Positions 12,003 through 23,054 of a stretch of DNA of 64,000 nucleotides are shown here, one piece after another (positions within the stretch are counted from its first letter, which is position 1; each line of letters starts with the position of its first letter). This DNA comes from Felis catus (taxonomy: Eukaryota). The stretch is taken from assembly GCF_018350175.1 (NCBI RefSeq), contig NC_058371.1, positions 198,772,001 to 198,836,000 of the forward strand, written 5' to 3'. A model generated the notes under the pieces. It made no database searches. It was given only the letters and a program-made list of their open reading frames with translations, and was not told the DNA's origin. A program made the translations under genes and the position numbers.

Positions 12003-13296
12003 GCTGACCCGATTCTTAAAGAAGAGAGAAGATTCTTTTCCACGTCCTCTGCTTCGGAAGACAGGGCAACGTGCCTCGCGTTTTAGAATAGCTGTGGTCC
12101 GAAATGAGGCAAATTGGACCCAGAGACGTGACATTTCGGTCTTCTGGGAAACCCACTCCTGAGGAACCCACTCCCGTTCCCCATCTGGACGGGAGAAACA
12201 GCGGAGCCTGCCCGACAGAGAAAAGGTTATAAATTATAAATGTTCAAAAAAAAAAAAAAAAAAAGCGTGCCACAGCCCGAAGTCCTGGGTCAGCTCAGAG
12301 CCTGTGGCCCAGCCGTGTGCGCTAATGTCCCTCGCTGCCACCCCCCAAGCCCAGCCCAGCTGCAGAACAGAGACACGGCGGACGGAAAAGCCCCATTAGG
12401 TCATCGTCAAGCTGCCTGCGATGCCGCTCGGCCTTGCCCCGTGCTGTCTCCAGCACACTCCAGGGATCCTGTGAATTTTAGACACTCTCTCGGGGACCCT
12501 GGCTCCGCAGAGCGTGGAATGAATTGCACTCATCCATCTGTGGGCTTTTAAAAAATTCAAGAATTAATTCAAGCGTCTGGTGGGGTTATTGTTATTAGAA
12601 TTTGGCCCTTCTGTGGTTCTTTACTTTGGCAAAGTGCTTTTATGATCATTTACCAGCTAAATAATTCAATACGAGTTATTGCCCCACGCTGGGAACCTGG
12701 CGCGGGGCTCGTGCTGGTGGTATTGGAAGCCCTCGGGACAAAGCAGGGGAAGAGCCCGAGGAGCTTTCGTGGCCCGGGGAGTGGACGCCCCAGGCCGTGC
12801 GCGGTGCCTTGACCTCCCCGGGCCCTCCATCACTTGGACTCTGATTCATCCCGGTCACACTTTTCAGGATGACTGGCCAATGAGACGGGGACTTCTAAAC
12901 TGGGGGAGGTTAAGTTATCATTCTAGCCCGAGCCCCTCATTTTGTAGGAGGGGAAACTGAGGCCCGGGAAGGCCCTTGCTCTGCCCAAGTCCACACCGCT
13001 AGAGCGACTCGTTGCCGGTGATTAAGGGAGTGACAGTGGCTCACGAACGCAGGCCCTGGGGGTACCATTCAGGGGTATCTTCCTCCCCGTTTTGGGGCCG
13101 ACGTGGAACCTGGATCTGAGGCGTAGTCAGGTCCTCTGGTCTGACTCCCAGCATGGGGAGTCCCAGTCTGGTCCCAGCGTGGGGCTGGGCTTGGGGCAGG
13201 CGGAGGGGTGGCATTTTTGTCGAGAGTCCACACCTAAGTCCTTGAAGTGCCTCCTTTTCTCCCTTCTTCTGCCGATGCGTCTTCCAAACATCTTCT

Positions 13297-13515
13297 TTTT
13301 AAGTATTTTTTTTAAATTTTAATTCATTAAGAGAGAGCACGCACGCACAAGCAGGGGAGGGGCAGAGAGAGAGGGAGAGAGAGAAAGAATCCCAAGCAGG
13401 CTCTGGGCTGCAGCACCGAGCCCGACGTGGGGCTCGATCTCACGAACTGTGAGACCGTGACCTGAGCCGAAATCAAGAGTCGGAGGCTTAACCCATTGAG
13501 CCGCGCAGGCGCCCC
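13297..13515 (-). mobile_element. Can-SINE
   Basis: Reverse SINE body with (CT)n and an A tail. Confidence 0.9.
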
Positions 13516-14049
13516 CGCCCCCCCCCCCCCAGCATCGTCTTGACGACCATATGTCACCTCTGTCTCTGCGGCCTCGTCCGAAAGACGAAGAACAGAACCT
13601 CACAGGCGCTTTGAGGACGTCGAGCGCCGGCACCTGGGGCGCACCTGACTGCTCACTGCAAGTGAGCTCTTACTCACGCGGTCATTTCCACCGGTCACGA
13701 TGGCTCCTCAAGACGGTGGCGAAAGGGATCCCCTGAGGCGGTTTTATGTCAAGGGAATTGTTGGCCAAGGGGTGTCACCGTGTGGGTCATTAAGACTATA
13801 TAGATCGAACGACACACAAAAATTCCCCAAATTCAAAACAATAACATAGTGAGTCACCAGCTGACTGTGAGCCCCACACTATTTGTTCAGGTTCTCCAAG
13901 GACAAAGAAACATCAATTTCGTTCATTCATTTTTTAACCATTTACTGAGTACTCAGCGTGTGTTAAGTGCTGGGGTCGGAATATGATGGTGAAACACCAA
14001 GGGCCGCCAGGGAAGTGGACTTACGATTTTGTCTATACCTTATGTATTT

Positions 14050-14230
14050 AAAAAATTTTTTTATTACATTTCTTTATTTTTGAGAGGCAGAGAGAGACAG
14101 AGCGTGAGTGGGGGAGGGGCAGCGAGAGAAGGAGCCACAGAACCTGACGCGGGGCTCGGACTCATGATCTGTGAGATCATGACCTGAGCCGAAGGCGGAC
14201 GCTTAACCGACTGAGCCACCCAGGCGCCCC
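14050..14230 (-). mobile_element. Can-SINE with an internal deletion
   Basis: TSD tataccttatgtattt (14034-14049 / 14231-14246). Confidence 0.93.
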
Positions 14231-14479
14231 TATACCTTATGTATTTTTATATAAGGGTTGGAGTTTTCTAGAAATGCGCGTTTGCAATCAGGTTGAATCC
14301 GGGAGGGGGCAGGTCTCGGTGACGACACGGGCAGACCTGCCTTTGGCCTGAATGAGACCATGAATTTTCTTACTATCCCCTTGAACTTGGCTTTACACAC
14401 CTGACATTTAAATGTCTGAATCTGCTGCAAATGTGAAATGAGTGGATGCCTATGCCATTTAACGTACGCTCTCGGAGTA

Positions 14480-14790
14480 TCTGCTGTTCTCCAGACTCTG
14501 TTCTAGTCTCAGGGGATGCAGAGATGAACGATTAAGCTGTTCTGCCAGGATTGGCTCACACTCCAGGAAAAGGTATAAATACCCAAACCCAGCAGGAAAG
14601 AAGCATAAAGAAGCTCCAGGGAAGCCTCAAGGAGGAGGTAACACTGGATCCGGGCTTTGAAGGATGAGTAGGAGTTTGCCAAACGGACAGGGGATGGGGA
14701 TACATTCCACGCCGAGGAGACCGCATTTGCCCAGGCTTGGAGGCAGGTGCTTTGGGAATGGGGAGGTTGGTGTGGCTGGAGTGTAAGGTT
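14480..14790. mobile_element. L2 fragment
   Basis: ctctgttctagtctcaggggatgcagagatgaac...gaaggatgagtaggagtttgcc, L2-like. Confidence 0.55.
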
Positions 14791-14974
14791 CAAGGAGAGA
14801 CGGGGAGGAATGCCCAGGTGGACTGACTGTCCCCATCTGCAGAAACATCCAGAAGCCCCATGTCTCTCCCTCGTCCCTGTCAGCGTCCTGACCCACGGAG
14901 GATTAAGGAGCTGGGACAGAAAAACTTGAAACCTATCAGAAAGGAGGATGGGCACAGAATAGGCAAGTCCATAA

Positions 14975-15420
14975 AAAGTCATAAGGTCTTAAGTGTCTCA
15001 CCATCAAAAATAACCGCACACACGCGCAAAACAACGTAAGATGATAGACGTGTTAACTAACCTCATTGTAGAAATAACTTCACCATCTACATGCCTATGG
15101 CATCATCAGCTTGGACGCCTTAAACGTACACACTTCTATCTGTGTCAAGCTGGGAAAACTTTTAAAAAATACAGTGTCTTGTAATTGTCAGTAGGTTAAA
15201 GAAGGTAGATTAGCAGTTGCCGGAGAGGCTGGGGTGGGGGAGGGGAGAGTGGGTAGCGACCGATAATGGGGACAGGATTTCTTTTTGGGGTGATCCAAGT
15301 GTTCTGGAATTAGTGCTGATGGCTGCCCAACCTGGAACGTGCTAAAAAGCCAAACGACGTGCGCCCTTCAAAACGGTGAAATTCGCAGTATGGGAATTAC
15401 TTCGCCATTAGACAAAAAGA
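14975..15420 (+). mobile_element. L1M 3' end fragments
   Basis: aagatgatagacgtgttaactaacctcattgtagaaataacttcacc; ttttggggtgatccaagtgttctggaattag. Confidence 0.65.
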
Positions 15421-15723
15421 CACGTGGCCAAAGCAGCTCAGGAATTCACTGCTCTGCTCTGCCGGGCACTCCGTGGCCTGGGACCCGGCATTTCCCTCCC
15501 TGAGCTACAGAGAGGCTCCCCAGGACTCTGGGGGGGGAGGGTGTCTCCTCAGTCACTCGGAGCACTGATCCTGTGCCCACAGCAAGCATCTAGCCAGCAC
15601 CTCATCCTGGCTGCACATAAGCCACCAAGAATAGAGACCACAGGGATACCGAGTGGCCAGCAGCACTCAAAGCCGTAACAATAGCCGAAGCAGGTGCTGC
15701 TTTTTATAGCTCATGTGATTCTT

Positions 15724-15928
15724 TTTTTACTTTTTTTTAATGTTTATTTATTTTTGAGAGAGACAGAATGCGAGCGGGTTAGGGGCAGAGAAAGAAGGAG
15801 ACACGGAATCGGAAGCAGGCTCCGAGCTGTCAGCACGGAGCCTGACGCGGGGCTCGAACTCACGAGCCGTGAGATCATGACCTGAGCCGAAGTCGGACGC
15901 TCCACGGACTGAGCCACCCAGGCGCCCC
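15724..15928 (-). mobile_element. Can-SINE
   Basis: Perfect 15-bp TSD gctcatgtgattctt (15709-15723 / 15929-15943). Confidence 0.95.
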
Positions 15929-15944
15929 GCTCATGTGATTCTTA

Positions 15945-16060
15945 CAGCGTCACTGTGATGGAGGTATTATTGCTATCATCTCTGCCTTCTGGATGGGGAA
16001 ACTGAGGCATAGAGAAGTTATGCAATTTGTTTAAAGTCACACAACAAGGAAGCAGGAAAG
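15945..16060. mobile_element. MIR fragment
   Basis: MIR core: gatggggaaactgaggcatagagaagttatgcaatttgtttaaagtcacacaac. Confidence 0.75.
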
Positions 16061-16137
16061 ACTGGAAATCCGCCCCCCCTCCCCCCCGATACAGTCTAGG
16101 GGCATCGCTGCGAGGCTTGAACTTGGAAGTGGTGGCA

Positions 16138-16151
16138 GCAGCAGGGGGCAG
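16138..16151 (+). promoter_or_regulatory. CTCF-like motif
   Basis: GCAGCAGGGGGCAG, 13/14 match to CCASYAGRKGGCRS. Confidence 0.45.
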
Positions 16152-18769
16152 TCCTGCCACCCCCCCCCCCCCCCGGAGGGCAGATGGGGCAGGGGTTGCT
16201 GCCATTGTCCAAGAGGTGGCGGGTCTGTCTCCTGGGGCAGCCCTAAAGTATCCTACAAAGAGTCATTTAGGAAAACCAAATACTGGCCAAAGACCTCGCA
16301 AGGGGGTCTAGGGTGGAGAGAAAGTCCTGTTGATTTTACTGCGTATATGCTTCAAAACACCTTAACACCTGTCCACAAGCACCCTCGGCGGGCAGCTGTC
16401 CCCTGTTCTGTGACTCCGGCCTCTTCAAACTAATCTCTTGCAGAGACCCCGCCCCTCCCAGAGGCCTAGGTGAACCCAACGGTGCCCCCCCACCCCCAGG
16501 ATCCCCAGGACCTGTGAACGTGTCCTCCGGGAACCCAGTGAAGGATTTTGAGAGGATCACCTTATCCGGGATCACCGAGTGGGCCCGAAATCCAATGACC
16601 GGGGCCGTCACGGGGGACACACGGAGGAGAGGAGGAGGCACAGTGACCGCGGGGACAGACAGTGGACTGACGTGGACAAGCCTAGGAATGCCTGGGGCCC
16701 GGACGCTGGAAGCAGGACCGTTCGCCCCTGCAGCCTCAGCAGGGAGCGTGGCCCCATTGACCCCTGGCCTCAGGACTTCTAGCCTCCGGCTCGGCCAGGC
16801 TACACATTTCTGTAGTTTTAAGCCCCGGTTTGTGGTAAGCTGTTAGGGCAGCTACAGGAAACACATTTTCTGGCACATTCTTTTCCTCCCCGCGCAAGAG
16901 CGCTGTCTGGCTCCCGGGTGATCACATACTTGATCCAGAGTCTCCCATGCCCTCCACCTAAGGACCTGCCATTTCATTTCCCTCTTCCGTCGGCTTCTGG
17001 TGGGTGGGCTGTGGGTTTGCGGGCCTGCATTCCCGGCATCCTTCAGGGCCAGGCCCAATTCGGACCCCCCCCCCCCGAAACCGCCAAAGTCCCAGTGACC
17101 GCCCCCCGTGAACACCCGGGACGGCACACAAAAGGGAGCAAACAGCATCGGCTGTCCTCTGCTGTCTCTGTAGAACCGTGGGTCCTCCCTGTCCCCGTCC
17201 TCCTCAGCTGGCAGAGCCTTTGAGGGAAGGAGGGGTACACACGGGGTCCCAGGGGGCCTGCCCTGCAGCTGCCTGTGTGGGATTCCAACCAGAGTGTGTG
17301 TGTGTGGCCTGTGCTGGGGTCTGTAAAGTGCTGGCACCTGAGATGGGATCAAAGCCCCCCCCCCCCCCCATGAGGCACACGTGGTCTCTCCTGACCGCTG
17401 AGTTGAGCCAGACCAGGGACTGACCCAGCCCGGCACCTGAGCGGATTCTAACTCCCTTCCTCACCTGCTGCAGGGAGTGTCCAAGCGTCAGGGGGGAGGC
17501 TCCTGGGGTTCCACATAAGAAACCCGAACCCCACACAGACATGCGGTATCGCTGCATCAGCCCTGTGGCTTCAGGGCCTTTGCCAGGAGGAGGCTGGTGG
17601 CCAGGCGCCAGCCCTGTGGCAGGGGTGGGGGCCTGGGACACCACCAGTCTTCCGCAGGCTGGCTGGGGGTAGTGTCTGCCCTGTGGTCAAAGACCCACTT
17701 GGACCCTGTTGGGGACCGGGGCCAGCGCAGGAATCGAATTACCTCCGGGGGTAAGAGGGGGTGGGGCCCTCCTGGGGATTTGGAAGTGGGGTTCCTAGCC
17801 TGGGCTGTTCCCGCTGTCTCCGTGCATTCCCTGCGGTTCTGGGGGGAGGGGAGGCAGGTTCCAGTGGTTCTCCGTTGGCTGATGCAAAAGGCCCGGCCTC
17901 AGCCTTCGGCCGCGCGACTGGGGTGTGACGGAAGGACTTTGGGGACACCGACGCTGGGCCCCAAGCAGACAGGTGCCTGGAAGGTACCGATTCCCCAGCC
18001 GCCGCCCGCCTCCAGCTGCTGGTCTGCAGGCCGCACCTCGCGCGGTGGCTCGTCTGGGGAGGCCCGCAGCCAGGGCTGGCTCCAGGTCTGCAAAATGACG
18101 CCCTAGTCCGGGCAGCTGCGACAGCGGCCGAACCCCCCCCACTCCCACCCCCACCCCCACCCCTTCATTCCCGAGCGTCCTCCTCTGCGACCCGGACGCT
18201 CCGGGCTGCGGCTGCAGGGAAGGGACCCCCCCACTTTCTCTTCCGAGGGGACCCGAGAAACCGTTCCCTGTCTCTCCGACGCGGCGCGCGAAGCGCTCTC
18301 CCTGCCCCGCGCACCTAGCCCTCCCGCTCCGCCGGGGCGTCCTCCCAGCCCGGGCGCCGTCCCCAGCTCCGGAGGGCGCTCCCCGCACGGCCCGAGGTCC
18401 CCCCCCCCCCCCCCAGCCCGGCCCCGCTCCGTTCCCACCCGCGCCTCCTGGCCGCGGGGACGCCCCCTGCCCCTCCCCCCTCCCGGGTGCCCGCCGCCGC
18501 GCACGGCCCCCGCCCCTCCCCCCACTTTGGGGGCTGCCCCCCCCTTCGCGCCTCCCAGCGCCGCGCGCGCCCCCGCCCGCGTTCCCGGGGCGCCCCCCGC
18601 CGCCGAGCGGCCGCGGGTCCCCGGGGAGCGCTCCTTTGTGCGGCCCCGCGCGCTGCGTCAGGGCGGAGTTGCCGCCGCCGCCGCCCGCGCACTCGCCGGC
18701 GCACGGGCGGCCCCGGGGGCGGCGGGAAGGGAGGCGGCGAGCGGGAGGAGGGAGCGGCCGCGAGCCCAA

Positions 18770-18885
18770 TCGCTCGGCTCCCCCGCCCGGCCCCGCGCGG
18801 CGCCGCCTCCGCCATTGCTGCGCGCGGGAGCGGCCGACGCGGAGGCTCGCGGCGCGCTCGGAGCCAGACCTGCGAGCCGGCGTGG
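18770..18885 (+). other. NSG1: NSG1 non-coding exon 1 (start approximate)
   Basis: Lies in the CpG island just after a CCAAT box (18766-18770). Ends at a strong donor TGG|GTGAGT (GT 18886-18887). The TSS is inferred, not observed. Confidence 0.7.
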
Positions 18886-19196
18886 GTGAGTGCGGCCGGC
18901 GGGCCCGACCCTTCCGCCCCTTCCGCCCGGGGCGGGGTCCGCGGCCGCCGGGCTCCCCGGCGGGTGGACGGGGACGGCGCGCGGGGGACGGGAGGGTGGG
19001 AAGGCTCCGCGCGGGGCTCCGGGACGGGGCGCGCCCCCTCCCCGGCCGCGGTGCGCCCCTGCGCTCGGGTCCCGCGGGGGGAGGGGCCGGGACCCCACCC
19101 CCACCCCCTCCCCAGCCCCGCCGGGTCGGCGTCCTCCCGACTCCTCCCCGGGGGCGGGCGAGCTCGCGGTGACTCCCGCCCGGCCCTCCCTCGCAG

Positions 19197-19359
19197 GCGC
19201 TAGNNNNNNNNNNNNNNNNNNNNNNNNNNNNNNNNNNNNNNNNNNNNNNNNNNNNNNNNNNNNNNNNNNNNNNNNNNNNNNNNNNNNNNNNNNNNNNNNN
19301 NNNNNNNNNNNNNNNNNNNNNNNNNNNNNNNNNNNNNNNNNNNNNNNNNNNNNNNNNNN
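19197..19359 (+). CDS. NSG1: NSG1 exon 2 (first coding exon), mostly hidden in an N gap
   Basis: Pyrimidine-rich acceptor ccctccctcgcag| at 19196, 7 called bases, then 156 N. The expected N-terminal ~43 aa (MVKLGNN...FPPPDK, recalled from orthologues) were not found elsewhere in the window. Inferred. Confidence 0.6.
19204..19359. other. Assembly gap (156 N)
   Basis: Run of N bases. Confidence 1.
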
Positions 19360-22300
19360 CCCCCGGCACCCCCGCGCCGCCGGGTGCGCACCCCCAAGTC
19401 TCGGGCGGCGGCCGCAACAAAAGAGACGCGCGGCGGTGCGCTGGCGACGCGAAGTGGGGGCGAGCCCGGGCGGAGGGAGGAAGCCCCCCGGGAGGACGCC
19501 GTGCCCGCGCGGGATTCCGGATCGGGAGACGTGCTCCCCCCCGCCGCCCCAGCCTTGGGTGACAGCTCCGTCCTGACCGGGGAGCGCGGTGGGGGAAAGG
19601 TCCCTTCTTGATTTTCGTGGGCGTCTTGTCCGAGAGAGGTCCCTGGCGCCACAGCCGCCGCCCCAGCCCTGCCTCAGGGTAGCAGGGGGCCGTGGGTCTG
19701 GGGTGAGTCTAAGGGCGCGGCTGCCCCGCGTGCCTCCCCAGGTGGCGCGGTGTCAGCCTGACTTGCCCCCTCGCGGTGGGGAGGCCCCTCTCTTTGGCCA
19801 GATGGACCCTCCTCAGGGGCTGAATTCCCGTCCGCATCCTCTCCGCCCGCCCCTCCCAGACTGGCTGTGGATGCTGCAAGGTGTCCCTTCTTACAGGGAG
19901 CCTCCCGCCTCTCTTTGTTCCTTTTGTGAAATCTTCAAGTCAGGGCTCTCTCTGCTCGCCCGGGTATTAGTGTGGGTTAGTGTAGCCGGGGACAATCAAT
20001 CATTCGTCATCCTTTCCCCAAAGTGGGTTTTCTTTGCTGGATTTGAAGAGTCCCTTGTTTTCTTCAATACAGTATCCAATCAAGTAGTTTCTGTACACCG
20101 AGGAGAATATTTTCAAGAGCTAACACTTAAGAAGGTAAACATACGATGTTTGAAAGTCTCCACAATTGTATTGTAAAGCTCAAACCTGAAACGGTAATAA
20201 ACGGCATCCGTTCTGACCACCTTGCCGCTGCTTAAAAACCACCCTGGCCGCGACTAAGCTCATTCTATTCCCCAAAGTGCGTTTCCTCGTATTGTCTCAT
20301 TGAGCCCTGGTGAGGACGGTCTGACTCAGGTCTTTGTCTTTTATTCCCGCACGTTGGGGATTGCTGACCACCAGGCGGGGACCGGGGGGGGGGGGGGGGA
20401 ATATCTGCAGCGGTGGGTCCTTCCTTTCTGGAAGATTCCTTGGACTCTTTGACCTACTCAGCTCTCTGGAGTGGTTTCTGTCCCCCCCAACTTTATTGTC
20501 TGTGTTTTGGGTGGGGGGCAGGGGCAGGATCGTGGCTGGCAGCAGGTGTCTTGAGTTCAAGAGGATCAACTCGTCGCACCTGTGCCCCCAGGCCACGTGG
20601 GGCCACTCTGGGGCACCGATGGTCCCGAGGAGCTTGGGGGAGGGGTGGGGCCGGCTGCCTCAGCTGGGCGGGGGACTTGGACTTGCGGGCCAGCTCAGCC
20701 CGGCCCCACCGCCCCCACCTTCCCCTCCCAGCTCAGCCCAAGAGTGGTGGCAGCCTGTGCCAGGAAGGCTTCGTCCTGAGGCAGCACCTCTGTCAGGTGA
20801 CTCCCGCTGCTCAGCCTGAGCCTCCTCTTGGGCCCTCAGTCTGTTCCATTCCAGAACTGTCTGGCACTCAGTTGACTTATACCAGGGAGGGGGATTTCAG
20901 GCAGGTGTGCAATCCATTGGCCAACCTGCTGTGCCGTCCAGAAGTGGCCCAGGTAGGTCTGAAAGAGCACGAGCCTCCCATCCCTGGGGGTGTTCAGACA
21001 AAGAGAGGGAGCTGGCAACGATGCTCCAGGGACAGGAATTCTAGCAGGAACCAATGATTAGGCTGGAAGATTTCAGAGGTCACGGATGAGTAGACTGACT
21101 CTCAAAGAGTTCGCGAGATGTGCCCAAGGTCACGTGGCCGAAGGCCACACTCCTCCCGGGTACAGAAGCTTCTGGCAGGCCCTCATGCCCCGCCCTGCTC
21201 GGGACCAGACATCTGTCACTCAAGACCTCGCTTAACCTGAACAACAGCGCTGTGATGCTCACAGCCAGGGTTCAGGGGGGCGAGGTCACCTGTCCCAGGT
21301 GACGTGGCTTATGGGGTCAGGGAACGCTGTCAGGGTTCCAGGTGGAATCTGTCCTGAGCATGTGTACTGACTGCTGAGGTGCCCCAGGGACAGCAGTCAC
21401 GTGGCAGCAACGTCGGGGCATCTCACCGGACGTCTGATGAACGCTCGTCAGGGGCCAGGCACTTGTCTGCGTGCTGGACGGGCTTACGTTTCTTTAACGA
21501 GCTGATGTTAGGAGGGAACTACCGTTGCTGCCCCTGTGGTACAGATGTGGAAATAGAGGGTCTTGTCCAAGGTCGCCTAGTGTCAGTGGAAGATGCAGAG
21601 GGATCCGGGCTGATAGAATACCGACCGGGCTCCCTCCTCCTCCTTACTGCAGCCCAGTCCGAGAGGCCTTGTTCCCGCTTGCGGGCCAGGACCCTGAGGT
21701 TCTGAGCGGTCAGGCACGTGCTCAAGGTCACAGCCAGTCAGGTGCAGTTGGGACTTGGGGACAGTAGGGTGATGTGTAGACACTGCCTCGGAGCCGGCTG
21801 CCCCTCCCCACATGGGCGCCCAGGCTGTCACTCCAGGCACGCCCTCCCTCTCAATGTCTGGAGAGCTGCACGCACAGAAAGGAACAAAGAAGAAAGCAGG
21901 AGTGTGGCCTTTGGGTCACTTTTCAGTGGCGGCTGGCACGGGCCGCTTTCTCTCCCGATTTCTTCCTGGAGGCTGGCTCCAGGGTCCCGGCTCCCTCGGA
22001 CAATGTCTCCAGCTCCTGACTCGCTGGGTCTTCCTAGGTCTGCCCGAGTGTCTCCCCCAAGCTGCGTGCCGCCCTCTCTGGGGGAGGAAGAGCGTGGGGG
22101 TCGCTGGCTCTCCGCAGTCCAGCGGCCACTTGTTGGCTTCCGGAAGTGGGAGACCAGGGGCTGGAGACGTGTGAGCTCTTGACGCTTCCCTGCCCGGTGG
22201 GGACAGGAGAGGAAACGGTCCCGGCCGCAGGTGTGAGGAAGAGGGGGCCGGGAGCCCGAGGGAGGAGGCTGGAGGGCGGGCCAGGGCTCATCTGAAGCTG

Positions 22301-22619
22301 GGGGAGGCACAGGGGAAGGGGGTGTACGGGGCAGGGTAGAGCCGGTTTCCTGGGAGCAAATGCCTCTCCCACTTCACAGGGGGCAGAGGGGAAGAAGAGG
22401 AGGGAGACCCTCTGGGGGCCGTTGCAGGGGCAGAAGAGGGACAGGATCGTGGGGTGGAGACAGCCACGAGGTCGATTTCCTTGCGAGCTGGCTCCTGCTC
22501 CTTCCTGCGCCTGGAGGGAAACGGTTAATTTCTGTTGCCTCACTTTACCCACGGCGTAGAGACCAAGGGAAACCAAGCGCTCTCTCCCGACCACTGGGCT
22601 TGCGATATGAGTGGAATGA

Positions 22620-23054
<435 letters not shown>

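Larger units (their letters stand above)
18040..19720. promoter_or_regulatory. CpG-island promoter of NSG1
   Basis: Extremely GC- and CpG-dense. Many GC boxes, CCAAT at 18766, CRE-like TGCGTCA near 18654, YY1-like CCGCCATTG at 18809, and a G4/i-motif-prone C-run tract at 18133-18163. Confidence 0.9.

Noticed and set aside
17795-19576. Very long ORFs (541, 238 and 228 aa) across the CpG island
   Set aside because: Low-complexity G/P/R/A translations typical of stop-poor GC-rich DNA. They run through Ns and contain no recognisable domain.
19703-19708. Strong donor GGG|GTGAGT in NSG1 intron 2
   Set aside because: No matching acceptor or ATG to give a sensible product. It cannot be evaluated while exon 2 is unsequenced.
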